Shown one piece after another: positions 1 through 9,338 of a stretch of DNA of 25,170 nt. The notes beneath the pieces are model-generated. The model saw nothing but the letters and a program-made list of their open reading frames with translations. It did no database searches and was not told where the DNA came from. The position numbers were made by a program, and so were the translations under genes. Source of the DNA: Candidatus Eiseniibacteriota bacterium (GTDB lineage: Bacteria; Eisenbacteria; RBG-16-71-46; DASYSL01); the NCBI GenBank assembly GCA_046598045.1, contig JBKJJJ010000007.1, positions 1 through 25,170 of the forward strand, written 5' to 3'. The first letter of the stretch is position 1. Every line of letters starts with the position of its first letter.

Positions 1-5
1 GGCCG

Positions 6-1046
6 ATGACGTTTCTGCACAACCTGATGGGATTCCTCTCCAGCGATGTCGCGATCGACCTGGGCACCGCGAACACGCTCGTGTTCGTCAAGGGCCGCGG
101 GATCGTGCTCAACGAACCATCGGTGGTCGCCGTGGATCGCACTACGGACAAGGTGATCGCGGTCGGGACCGAGGCCAAGATGATGCTCGGCCGCACGCCC
201 GAGGAGATCGTCGCGATCCGCCCGCTCAAGGACGGCGTCATCGCCGACTTCGAGGTCACCGAGGACCTGCTGCGCGAGTTCATCCACAAGGTCCAGAAGC
301 ACAAGTTCCTCGTCCGGCCGCGCATCATCATTTCCGTGCCCTCAGGCATCACCGAGGTCGAGCGCCGAGCCGTCATCGACTCGGCCGAGCGCGCGGGTGC
401 GCGCGAGGTGCTGCTCGTGTACGAGCCGATCGCCGCGGCCATCGGCGTGAACCTCCCGGTTTCGGCCCCCACGGGCAACATGGTCGTGGACATCGGCGGC
501 GGCACGACCGAGATCGCGGTGATCGCGCTCAACGGCATCGTCAACAAGACCTCGATTCGCGTCGCCGGCGACGAGATGGACGAGGCGATCTCGAGCTATG
601 CCAAGAAGGCATACAACATGCTGATCGGCGAGCAGACCGCCGAGCGCATCAAGATCGAGATCGGCTCCGCGTTCCCGCTGTCCGAGGAGCTCGACATGGA
701 GGTCAAGGGGCGCGACCTCGTACGCGGGATCCCGCGCACGCTGCGCATCTCCTCGGTCGAGGTGCGCGAGGCCCTGCAGGAGCCCGTCGGCAACATCGTG
801 AACGCGCTGCGGGAATCGCTCGAGCAGACGCCGCCCGAGCTCGCCGCCGACATCGTGGATCGCGGCATCTTCCTGACCGGTGGGGGCGCGCTCCTGCGCG
901 GGCTCGACCTGCTGCTGCGCGAAGTCACGAACCTCAACATCCGCGTCGCCGACGATCCGCTCACCTGCGTCGTGCGCGGGGCCGGGATCATCCTCGAGAA
1001 CCCGGAAAAGTACGAGAAGGTGATCATCCACGGCCACAAGGACTGA
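6..1046 (+). CDS. mreB: Rod shape-determining actin-like protein MreB
   Basis: Motifs [33 protein letters not shown] and LTGGGALL; first gene of the mre cluster. Confidence 0.98.
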   Translation: MTFLHNLMGFLSSDVAIDLGTANTLVFVKGRGIVLNEPSVVAVDRTTDKVIAVGTEAKMMLGRTPEEIVAIRPLKDGVIADFEVTEDLLREFIHKVQKHKFLVRPRIIISVPSGITEVERRAVIDSAERAGAREVLLVYEPIAAAIGVNLPVSAPTGNMVVDIGGGTTEIAVIALNGIVNKTSIRVAGDEMDEAISSYAKKAYNMLIGEQTAERIKIEIGSAFPLSEELDMEVKGRDLVRGIPRTLRISSVEVREALQEPVGNIVNALRESLEQTPPELAADIVDRGIFLTGGGALLRGLDLLLREVTNLNIRVADDPLTCVVRGAGIILENPEKYEKVIIHGHKD

Positions 1047-1085
1047 CGTGTCCGGCGGCCGGAGATCTGCCTCGGGAGCCGCCTG

Positions 1086-2000
1086 ATGGCAGGCGGCCTC
1101 GCCCCCGTCGATCGCCAGGCGGTCGTGGCGCTGGTCTTCGTGGAAATCGCCAGCGCCCTGCTGTTGCTGTTCGGCAATCGCCTGCCCACGCCCGCGCTCA
1201 CGGGCGCCGCAGCCGCGCTCCTCGCTCCCGCCAACGCCACCCTGCACTGGATCCAGTCGGTCGCCACCGCGCGCTCGGATGCCTCGCGGCTCTCGCGCGA
1301 GGTCACGCAGTTGCGCATCGAGCGCGACCGCATGATCGACGCCGGGCTCGAGAACGCGCGGCTCAAGGCGCTGCTCGGTTTCGCCGAGCACGGACGGCCC
1401 TCGCTCAAGGCGTTCCAGGTGGCGGCGGTCGCGGGGGAGCCCTGGCCCGTGATCTTCCACCTCAATGCCGGCACCACGCAGGGGCTCGCGGTCGGGCAGG
1501 CCGCGCTCGCGCCCGAGGGCCTGGTCGGCCGCGTCACGCGCGTCGACGCCTCGAGCGCGAGCGTCGCGTTGCTCACCGATCCGAATGCGCCCGTCGCGTG
1601 CGAGATCGTGGGCACCGGCGTGCGCGGCGTGCTCAAGTTCCGTTTCGGCCCGGACCCGGGGCTCTACCTGACCGCCGTGCCGCTCACCGACACGGTGCGG
1701 GTGGGGGAGCGCGTCGCCACCTCGGCGACCTCGATGCTGTTCCCGCCCGGCATCCCGGTCGGCCGCGTGACGCGCGTGGGCCGCGAACCGACGGGGCTCC
1801 TGTCCGCGATCCGGGTCGAGCCGTTCGCCGCGCTGTCGCGCATTCGTGAGGTCCTGGTCGCGGCCGGGCCGATCGAGGCCGCGTGGTGGCCCACGCCCAG
1901 GGTCGGCACGGCGGCCGATTCCGCGCGCGCCGACTCGGTCGCGGCCGATTCGACGCGCGCCGTGCGGGCGCCGGCCGGCATGACGCGCGGGAGGCGCTGA
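1086..2000 (+). CDS. mreC: Rod shape-determining protein MreC
   Basis: N-terminal TM helix, coiled coil ending ENARLKALL, GLVGRV, FPPGIPVGRV; lies between mreB and mreD; GGAG upstream. Confidence 0.93.
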   Translation: MAGGLAPVDRQAVVALVFVEIASALLLLFGNRLPTPALTGAAAALLAPANATLHWIQSVATARSDASRLSREVTQLRIERDRMIDAGLENARLKALLGFAEHGRPSLKAFQVAAVAGEPWPVIFHLNAGTTQGLAVGQAALAPEGLVGRVTRVDASSASVALLTDPNAPVACEIVGTGVRGVLKFRFGPDPGLYLTAVPLTDTVRVGERVATSATSMLFPPGIPVGRVTRVGREPTGLLSAIRVEPFAALSRIREVLVAAGPIEAAWWPTPRVGTAADSARADSVAADSTRAVRAPAGMTRGRR

Positions 2001-2003
2001 GCG

Positions 2004-2528
2004 ATGGCGCGCGCGACGTTCTACCTGCTGGCGCTGTGGACGGCCGCGGGCCTGCTCGCCCGGTCGTCGGCGTCCTCGATCCTCGCGCTGTGGGGGGTCA
2101 CCCCGGACCTGCTCACGCTGCTCGTCGTGTTCTGGGCGCTCGCCGGCGGCGCGCGCGCCGGCGTGTTCGCGGGCTTCATCGTGGGCCTCGTCGCCGACGC
2201 CGAGGCCGGGCGTTTCCTCGGCCTGAGCGCCGGGACGCTCGCCGCCGTCGGCTTTGCTGTCGGATCGATGGGCACGAGCCTGCATCGCGAGCGCCCGCCG
2301 GCCCAGTTCGTCGTGCTGTTCTTTGCCGCGGCGGTGTCGCTCGCCGTGCGGCTCCTGTTCGCGACCTACGGCGACGTGCCGGCGTGGCTCGCATCGCTGC
2401 CCACCCACGCCTTCCTGCGCGCGCTCTACACCGCCGTGGTCGGCCCCATGGTCTACCTCAGCTTCCGCGCGCTCGGAGCGCCGGATTTCCTCGCCCATGG
2501 CCAGGCCGCAACTCAACCGCGAAGCTAG
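2004..2528 (+). CDS. mreD: Rod shape-determining protein MreD
   Basis: 174 aa multi-TM protein with PDLL...GF.VGL.AD pattern; synteny. Confidence 0.9.
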   Translation: MARATFYLLALWTAAGLLARSSASSILALWGVTPDLLTLLVVFWALAGGARAGVFAGFIVGLVADAEAGRFLGLSAGTLAAVGFAVGSMGTSLHRERPPAQFVVLFFAAAVSLAVRLLFATYGDVPAWLASLPTHAFLRALYTAVVGPMVYLSFRALGAPDFLAHGQAATQPRS

Positions 2529-4413
2529 GAACTCGCGCGCCGCCGTGCTCGCCGGGTTCATGGCGCTCGGCTTCGTGACGCTGGTCGCGGGCACGGTGCG
2601 CCTGCAGGTCATCAAGCACGAGGACTACCGCCAACTCGCCGAGCAGAACCGTGTGCGGCTCGAGGTCGTGCGCGCGCCGCGCGGGCGCATCTTCGACCGC
2701 AAGGGCCGCCTGCTGGCGGACAATGCGCCGGCGTTCTCGATCGTGTACCGGCCGCCGGACTTCGGCGTCGTGACGCTCGATTCGCTGCCGACCGCGCAGG
2801 CGCAGTTGCTCACGCGCCTCCTCGGCCTGCCCGCCGCCGAACTCAACGCGGTGGTCAAGCGCGCGCTGCACACGGGCGTGAGCACGCCGTTTCGCCAGGA
2901 TGTGGAGCCGCTCCTGGTCTCGCAGATCGAGGAATCGCGCGGGGACCTCCCGAACATCGAGGTGGTGGTCAGTCCCAGGCGCTTCTACCCGCTCGGCATG
3001 GCGGCCGCACACCTGCTGGGCTACGCCGGCGAGATCAACGACACCGAGCTCGAGGCGCGCAAGGACCAGGGCTACCGGATCGGCGACCTGGTGGGGCGCT
3101 CGGGGCTCGAGCGCTCGTACGAGGAGGCGCTGCGCGGCAAGGACGGCCACCAGTACGTCGTGGTGAACGCGCTCGGGCGCCGGGTGGGAACGCTCGAGGA
3201 CATCCCGCCGGTGCCGCCGCGCCCCGGGGAGGACTTGAAGCTCGCACTCGACCTCGACGTGCAGCAGGCGCTCGAGATCGCGATGGCGAACGTCGCGCAC
3301 GGCGCGGCGGTCGCGATCGATCCGCGCACGGGCGGCATCCTCGCGATGGTGAGCCGTCCGACGTTCGATCCCAACGAGTTCGCGCGCGGCCTCTCGCGAG
3401 CGCGCTGGCAGGAGTTCATGACCGACCGCGCCTATCCGCTGCTCAACCGCGCGATCCAGTCGACCTATCCGCCGGGCTCGACCTACAAGGTCGTGACCTC
3501 GCTCGCGGGGCTCGAGGAGCAGGCGATCGACCCCACGACGCACTTCCCGGTCTCGTGCACGGGCGGCTATCGCTTCGGCTCGCGCTACTACAAGTGCTGG
3601 AACCACTCGGGGCACGGCAGCCTCGCGCTCACCGCCGCGCTCGCGCAATCGTGCGACGTCTACTACTACCAGCTCGGGCTGAGGCTGGGCGTCGACAAGC
3701 TCGCGGACTGGGCACAGAAGATGGGGCTCGGCGCGAAGACCGGCATCGACCTGCCGCAGGAGCGCTCGGGGCTGATCCCGACGTCGCACTATTACGACAA
3801 GCGCCGCGGCGCCGGGCGGTGGACGAAAGGCGTGACGCTCAACCTGGCGATCGGCCAGGGGGAGGACCTGCTGACGCCGCTCCAGCTCGCGATGATCCCC
3901 GCGACGGTCGCGAGCCGCGGCCGGGTCGCGCGGCCGCACGTGGTCGAGCAGATCCTCGACCCCGTGACCGGGCAAGGCCGCGCGGTGAGCCCGCCGCCCA
4001 AGAGCGCGCTCGTCCTGCCGACGGAGACCTGGGACGCACTGGCGGCGGCGATGGAACAGGTCGTCGCGGGCGGCACCGGTGGGGCCGCGCGCGTGCCCGG
4101 CGTGCGCGTCGGCGGCAAGACCGGCACCGCGCAGACGACCTCGGGCGCGGACAACGCGATGTTCATCTGTTACGCGCCGATCGACGATCCCGAGATCGCG
4201 ATCGCGGTCGTGGTCGAGAACGGCGGGCACGGGGGCGTCACCGCCGCGCCGATCGCGCAGAAGGGCCTCTCCGCGATGCTCGCGCCGCAGCTGTGGGCCG
4301 CGCAGAAGCTGGCCGCCGCAAAGGCAGATTCCCTGCTCGCGCACGCCGGGCCGCGGGCGACCACTGGGGCGCCCCCGGCCGCGGCCGTCCCCGACACCTT
4401 GCTGGGAGACTGA
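2497..4413 (+). CDS. mrdA: Penicillin-binding protein 2 (class B transpeptidase)
   Basis: ATG 2497 overlaps the mreD end; TM anchor, APRGRIFDR, active-site STYK (SxxK), SCD (SxN equivalent) and KTGTAQ. Confidence 0.96.
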   Translation: MARPQLNREARNSRAAVLAGFMALGFVTLVAGTVRLQVIKHEDYRQLAEQNRVRLEVVRAPRGRIFDRKGRLLADNAPAFSIVYRPPDFGVVTLDSLPTAQAQLLTRLLGLPAAELNAVVKRALHTGVSTPFRQDVEPLLVSQIEESRGDLPNIEVVVSPRRFYPLGMAAAHLLGYAGEINDTELEARKDQGYRIGDLVGRSGLERSYEEALRGKDGHQYVVVNALGRRVGTLEDIPPVPPRPGEDLKLALDLDVQQALEIAMANVAHGAAVAIDPRTGGILAMVSRPTFDPNEFARGLSRARWQEFMTDRAYPLLNRAIQSTYPPGSTYKVVTSLAGLEEQAIDPTTHFPVSCTGGYRFGSRYYKCWNHSGHGSLALTAALAQSCDVYYYQLGLRLGVDKLADWAQKMGLGAKTGIDLPQERSGLIPTSHYYDKRRGAGRWTKGVTLNLAIGQGEDLLTPLQLAMIPATVASRGRVARPHVVEQILDPVTGQGRAVSPPPKSALVLPTETWDALAAAMEQVVAGGTGGAARVPGVRVGGKTGTAQTTSGADNAMFICYAPIDDPEIAIAVVVENGGHGGVTAAPIAQKGLSAMLAPQLWAAQKLAAAKADSLLAHAGPRATTGAPPAAAVPDTLLGD

Positions 4414-4414
4414 A

Positions 4415-5650
4415 ATGGCGAACGCGATGGCCGACCGCCGCTCGCTGCGGCAGCTCGATTGGCCCCTGATCGGGGCGGTCCTGGCGCTGGCGGCGCTCGG
4501 CGTGTGCATGGTGTACAGCGCGACCTCGTCGCCGGGATCGGATCACGCGGGCTTCCAGTGGCGCCAGCTCACGTGGCTCGGCATCGGGATCGTGTGCGCG
4601 TGGGGCATCGCGGCGGTGCATTACCGCGTCTACGACACGCTCGCCTGGTTCGGGTACGGGATCTCGCTCGTGCTGCTCATCCTGGTGTTCCCGATCGGGA
4701 CCGAGGTGCTCGGCGCGAAGCGCTGGCTGAGGCTCGGCGGATTCCAGTTCCAACCCTCGGAGATCGCGAAGTTGTGGACGATCTTCGTGCTCGCGCGCCA
4801 CCTCGACCAGAAGCGGCTCGATCTCTCGCGTGCGAAGAACTGGGTGATCCCGGGCTTCATCGTGTTCACGCCCATGTTGCTCGTGCTCAAGGAGCCCGAC
4901 CTCGCGACCTCGCTGTCGTTCTTCGTGTTCTTCGTCGCGATGATGTTCTGGGCCGGCATGCCGGTCACCACCATGCTGCTCGCGCTTTCCCCGGTGATGA
5001 GCGTCGCGCTGTTCTTCCTCACGAAGAGCGAATGGCCGTTCGCGATCCTGTTCCTCACGCTCCTCCTCTGGGCCCGGCCGCGGCTGTCCGTGTTGATCGC
5101 GCTGGTCGTGCTCAACGGGGCGGTGATGATCGGTCTTCCCCACCTGTGGAACGGGCTCGAACCCTACCAGCGCGGACGCATCGAGACCTTCCTCAATCCC
5201 GACGAGGACCCGACCGGCGCCGGCTACCAGGTCATCCAGTCACAGATCGCGATCGGCTCGGGTGGGCCGATGGGGCGCGGGTACCTGCAGGGCACGCAGA
5301 AGGGGCTCTCCTTCCTGCCGATGAAGCACACGGATTTCATCTTCTCGGTGCTCGGCGAGGAGCTCGGGTTCTGGGGAACGTCGCTCGCGCTGTTCCTGTT
5401 CGGCGTGGTGTGCTTTCGCGGGCTGTGGATCGCCCAGAGCGCGCGCAACGCGTTCGGCAGCCTGATCGCGGTGGGGGTGGTTTCGGTCTTCTTCTACCAC
5501 GTGCTGCTCAACGTACTGATGACGGTGGGCTGGGCGCCCGTCGCCGGGGTCCCGCTGCCCCTGCTATCCTATGGAGGCACCTCGCTGGTGATGAACTGCC
5601 TGCAGGTGGGCATCCTGCTCAACGTCGGCCTGCGGCGACACGAATACTGA
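4415..5650 (+). CDS. rodA: SEDS peptidoglycan glycosyltransferase RodA
   Basis: ATG 4415 just after the mrdA stop; GAKRW, QPSEIAK, EPDL, GYQ, HTDFIFS, PLLSYGG. Confidence 0.96.
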   Translation: MANAMADRRSLRQLDWPLIGAVLALAALGVCMVYSATSSPGSDHAGFQWRQLTWLGIGIVCAWGIAAVHYRVYDTLAWFGYGISLVLLILVFPIGTEVLGAKRWLRLGGFQFQPSEIAKLWTIFVLARHLDQKRLDLSRAKNWVIPGFIVFTPMLLVLKEPDLATSLSFFVFFVAMMFWAGMPVTTMLLALSPVMSVALFFLTKSEWPFAILFLTLLLWARPRLSVLIALVVLNGAVMIGLPHLWNGLEPYQRGRIETFLNPDEDPTGAGYQVIQSQIAIGSGGPMGRGYLQGTQKGLSFLPMKHTDFIFSVLGEELGFWGTSLALFLFGVVCFRGLWIAQSARNAFGSLIAVGVVSVFFYHVLLNVLMTVGWAPVAGVPLPLLSYGGTSLVMNCLQVGILLNVGLRRHEY

Positions 5651-5656
5651 GGTCCC

Positions 5657-6445
5657 ATGTTTCCCGAGATCCTCCACATCGGCCCCTTTCACCTGCGCTC
5701 GTTCGGGGTGATGCTCGCGCTCGCGTTCCTGGTCGCCACCTGGATCGCACTCGGCGAGGCCCGCAAGCGGGGGCTCGACGAGTCGAAGCTGCTCAACCTC
5801 GTGCTCGCGATCCTCGTGAGCTCGATCGTCGGGGCGCGCGGCATGTACGTGCTCACGCACCTCGCCGAATATCGCGCGCACCCCGCGCTTGCGTTCGCGC
5901 TCTGGGAGGGCGGGCTCACGCTCTACGGAGGCCTCGCGCTGGGTACGATTGGTGGCTTCGCGTACATGAGGAGGGCGGGCCTGCCACTGGGCGTGACCGC
6001 AGACTTGATTACGCCCTCGGTCGCGCTCGGCGTGGGCATTGCGCGCATCGGGTGCTTCCTCAATGGCTGCTGCTTCGGCGTGCCGGGCCACGCGTCGTGG
6101 TGCGTGCGCTTTCCGGCGGGCTCGCCGCCCGATGCGATCTTTCCGGGCATGGCGCTCCAGCCGTCCCAGCTCTACAACGCGTTCGCCGGGTTCGGCCTGT
6201 TCGCGCTCATGCTCTTGCTGCGCGGGCGCTTCAAGGCGCCGGGCCAGTTGTGGTGGACGTTCCTCGCGCTCTTCATGCTGGTTCGGATCCCGATCGACGC
6301 CACGCGCTACTACGAGCCGTCGGCCTACGTGTGGAGCGGCCCGTTCGGGCCCGTGACCGATAGCGGCGTGATCGGCGGGGCGACTTTCGGGATCTCGGTG
6401 CTGATGTGGATCCTTGCCGGCCGCGCCGCGCGGCGGGCGGCGTGA
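5657..6445 (+). CDS. lgt: Prolipoprotein diacylglyceryl transferase family protein
   Basis: IVGAR, WEGGLTLYGG, RIGCFLNGCCFG and PSQLY motifs; multi-TM. Confidence 0.88.
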   Translation: MFPEILHIGPFHLRSFGVMLALAFLVATWIALGEARKRGLDESKLLNLVLAILVSSIVGARGMYVLTHLAEYRAHPALAFALWEGGLTLYGGLALGTIGGFAYMRRAGLPLGVTADLITPSVALGVGIARIGCFLNGCCFGVPGHASWCVRFPAGSPPDAIFPGMALQPSQLYNAFAGFGLFALMLLLRGRFKAPGQLWWTFLALFMLVRIPIDATRYYEPSAYVWSGPFGPVTDSGVIGGATFGISVLMWILAGRAARRAA

Positions 6446-7272
6446 GCGCGGACGGTCGCACCGCGCTCTACGCGGTGCTCGGGCGCCCGATCGCGCACAG
6501 CCTCTCGCCCGCGCTCCATAATGCGGCGTTTCGCGCCGAGCGCCGGAACGCGCTGTATGTCGCATGCGACGTGGGCGAGGCGGAATTGCCCGAGGCGGTG
6601 CGCGGCCTGCGCGCGCTCGGGGCGCGGGGCGCGAACCTGACCGCCCCGCTCAAGTCCGCGGCGCTCGCGCTGGCCGACGAGTTGAGCCCCGAGGCGCAGC
6701 GCGCCGGCGTGGTCAACACGCTGCGCTTCGACGACGGCCGGATCACGGGGCACAACACCGATGGCCCCGGCTTCCTCGAGTTCCTGAGGCGCGCGGGCGT
6801 CGCATTCGAGGGCGCGCGCGTCGTGTTCGTGGGCGGCGGCGGCGCCGTGCGCGGGCTGGCTGCGGCGTTGCGCGAGGCGGGCGCAGCCTCGCTGACCGCG
6901 ATCGTGCGCGATCCGACTTCGACAAGACCGATCGACGGCGTGACGCTCGCGCCCGATGCGCACGCGGCCGAGGCCGCGATGCGCGAGGCGGCGCTGGTCA
7001 TCCAGGCGACGCCGCTCGGGGCGGACCCGGCGGACGCGATGCCCGCGCCGGCCGATTGGGTTCCGCTGCAGGCGGTGGCGGTCGAACTCAGGTATGATCC
7101 CGCCGCCACGCCGTGGCTGTCCGCCGTGCGCGCGCGCGGCGTCCGCGGGGCGAACGGGCTCGGCCTCCTGGTCGAGCAGGCGCTCCTCGCGCAGCAGTTC
7201 TGGCATGGCACGATGCCCCCGCGGTCCGCCCTCGAGGAGGCCGTGGCATGGAGCGATCCTTTCGCGCCCTGA
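6442..7272 (+). CDS. aroE: Shikimate dehydrogenase
   Basis: GTG in a GTGA overlap with the lgt stop; PIAHSLSP.LHN, NLTAPLK, VNT, NTDG, GGGG Rossmann loop, GLGLLVEQA. Confidence 0.92.
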   Translation: MSADGRTALYAVLGRPIAHSLSPALHNAAFRAERRNALYVACDVGEAELPEAVRGLRALGARGANLTAPLKSAALALADELSPEAQRAGVVNTLRFDDGRITGHNTDGPGFLEFLRRAGVAFEGARVVFVGGGGAVRGLAAALREAGAASLTAIVRDPTSTRPIDGVTLAPDAHAAEAAMREAALVIQATPLGADPADAMPAPADWVPLQAVAVELRYDPAATPWLSAVRARGVRGANGLGLLVEQALLAQQFWHGTMPPRSALEEAVAWSDPFAP

Positions 7273-7958
7273 CCCTGGGCCTGGCTGGTGCGCTGTTTCC
7301 CGTTGGATGCGCCGCGTGCGGCGAGGCGCTCGAGCCCACACAAGGTGGCCTGCCGCTGTGCAGCGCGTGCGATGGTGCGCTGGTTCCCCTCGGGGAGGCC
7401 TTCTGTCTCACCTGCGCACAGGGGGGTGGGGCACCGCGGCGCTGCGTTCTCGTCTCGCACGTCGCGCTCGCAGGCGGATTCGTATGGACGGAGCCCGTGC
7501 GCGCGCTCGTCCATGCGCTCAAGTTCGGCGACGCGCCCGAACTGGCAGAGCCGCTGGTCGCGCGCGCGTGGGCGACGCCGGCGTTCGTGGGGCGGCCGCG
7601 GCCCGATGCGGTCGTGCCCGCGGCGCTGCACCCGTTGCGGCGGCGCGAGCGCGGTTACGACCAGGCCGAGGCGCTGGCGACCGCTTTCGCGCGGCGCGCC
7701 GGCGCGCCGGCCGGGCGCTGGCTCGAGCGCCGGCGGACGACGCGGCAGCAGGCGCGGCTCGGGGCGCGCGAGCGCGCGCGGAACCTCGCGGACGCGTTCG
7801 AGGCGGTCGAGCCCGCCTGGGTGCGCGGGCGGAGGGTCGTGGTGGTCGACGACGTGGTGACCACGGGCGCGACCGTGAGCGCGGCTGCGGCGGCGCTGGC
7901 CCGCGCCGGCGCGGCCCGCGTCGAGGTGTGGGCGATCGCGTACGAGCCGTTGGAATAG
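7248..7958 (+). CDS. comF: ComF family phosphoribosyltransferase-like protein with N-terminal zinc ribbon
   Basis: GAGGAGG RBS before ATG 7248; three CxxC pairs; RGYDQA; VDDVVTTGAT PRT motif. Confidence 0.88.
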   Translation: MERSFRALTLGLAGALFPVGCAACGEALEPTQGGLPLCSACDGALVPLGEAFCLTCAQGGGAPRRCVLVSHVALAGGFVWTEPVRALVHALKFGDAPELAEPLVARAWATPAFVGRPRPDAVVPAALHPLRRRERGYDQAEALATAFARRAGAPAGRWLERRRTTRQQARLGARERARNLADAFEAVEPAWVRGRRVVVVDDVVTTGATVSAAAAALARAGAARVEVWAIAYEPLE

Positions 7959-7968
7959 GAGAGGTGCG

Positions 7969-8622
7969 ATGACCCATCTTCACATTGCCGACGGCGTGCT
8001 GCCGGTGTGGCTCTGGCTCTCGGGCCTGGCCATCGCGGGCGTGTGTGCGGGCATCGCCTCGTTCCTCCATCGCCACGATCGCGCGGACCGGCTGACGCTG
8101 CTGGCTGCGCTGTGCGCGGTCATGCTGGCGGCGATGTCGGTGCCGATCGGCCCGCTCGGCCACCTCAGCTTCGCGCCCATGGTCGGCATCCTGCTCGGGC
8201 CGGGTCTCGGGTTCCTCGCGGCCGCGCTGGTCAACACCACGCTCGCGCTGCTCGGTCATGGCGGGATCACGGTGGTGGGGCTGAACACCTGCGTGCTCGG
8301 GGCCGCGACCGTGAGCGCGCGGCCGGTCTACCTGCTGCTGCGGCGCGCGTTGGCCCCGGGGCGCGCGGGCGCGGCTTCCGCCGTGGTCGCACTCGTGCTG
8401 TCGGTCGGCGCACTGTGCATCGTGATCGCGCTCGCGGCACGGACCGGCACTCCCGGCGCGGCGCTGCTCGAGGGCGATGCCGCGCACGCCGGGAACGTGG
8501 CGACCGGGCGTTTCGTGCTCCTGTCGTCGCCGTTCTGGGCGATCGCGATCGCCGCCGAGGCGCTCGTCACCTCGAGCGTGCTGTCCTACCTCGCGCGCGT
8601 GCGTCCGGAGCTCCTGCCATGA
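7969..8622 (+). CDS. ECF transporter S component, CbiM/NikM family
   Basis: N-terminal HIADG, internal H (GHLS), GHGGITVVGLN motif; hydrophobic; RBS GGAGAGG. Confidence 0.88.
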   Translation: MTHLHIADGVLPVWLWLSGLAIAGVCAGIASFLHRHDRADRLTLLAALCAVMLAAMSVPIGPLGHLSFAPMVGILLGPGLGFLAAALVNTTLALLGHGGITVVGLNTCVLGAATVSARPVYLLLRRALAPGRAGAASAVVALVLSVGALCIVIALAARTGTPGAALLEGDAAHAGNVATGRFVLLSSPFWAIAIAAEALVTSSVLSYLARVRPELLP

Positions 8623-9338
8623 GCCACGATCTCGCGCGCGTCGACACGTGGGCGTCGGCCGGGCGCTCGCTCTGGCACCGCGCGTCCGCGGTGTCGAAGA
8701 TGGCGTTCGTGGCGCTCGTGCTGGCCACGATCCTGACCACGCACTCGACCACCTACCTGCTCGGGCTCTACGCTGCGCTGTGCGGGCTCGTGCTCTGGTC
8801 GCGCGTGCCGCTCGGGGCGGCGCTCTTGTTGTCGCTCTATCCGGTCCTGTTCTCGAGCCTGTACCTGCTCTCGCGCTGGGACGGCACGTGGCAATTGCCC
8901 GCGCTGCTGCTTCTGCGCTCCTTGTCGAGCAGCCTGCTGGCCGTGCTGCTGGTCTCGACCACGCCCTACCCGGACCTGTTCGCGCCGATCGCCCGGGTCA
9001 CGCCCCGGCTGGTGGGCGACGGCCTGTTCCTGACCTACCGCGCGTTCTTCGAGTTGATCGCGCGCGCGGACCGCATGTGGACCGCGCTCAAGTTGCGCGG
9101 CGGCCTGACCGGCCGGGGACTGCCCCGCGACTTCCGCTCGGCGGGCGAGGGCCTCGGGCAACTGGTCATCCACTCCTACGACCGCAGCCAGAGACTGTAT
9201 GCGATCATGCACATCCGCGGCCACTCGGGCCGCGTGTGCGGCTGCCGCCACTGGGCGGAGTTCGGGGCGGCGGATCTGGTGCCCCTCGCGTGCGGCGCGC
9301 TCCTGGTGTGGGCGCGATTCTGGCTGGAGGCGCGATGA
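8619..9338 (+). CDS. ECF transporter T component, CbiQ/EcfT family
   Basis: ATGA overlap with cbiM; TM helices, STTP, and two xRG motifs (LRG, IRG). Confidence 0.85.
   Translation: MSHDLARVDTWASAGRSLWHRASAVSKMAFVALVLATILTTHSTTYLLGLYAALCGLVLWSRVPLGAALLLSLYPVLFSSLYLLSRWDGTWQLPALLLLRSLSSSLLAVLLVSTTPYPDLFAPIARVTPRLVGDGLFLTYRAFFELIARADRMWTALKLRGGLTGRGLPRDFRSAGEGLGQLVIHSYDRSQRLYAIMHIRGHSGRVCGCRHWAEFGAADLVPLACGALLVWARFWLEAR

Noticed and set aside
1048..1086. 12-codon GTG mini-ORF bridging the mreB stop and mreC start (TGATG)
   Set aside because: No RBS of its own and no notable sequence; mreC has its own GGAG; likely chance
342..4509. Long antisense ORFs (757 aa, 683 aa) opposite mreBCD and mrdA
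   Set aside because: Shadow frames typical of high GC3; Arg/Gly/Ala-rich with no motifs; the sense genes are clearly real
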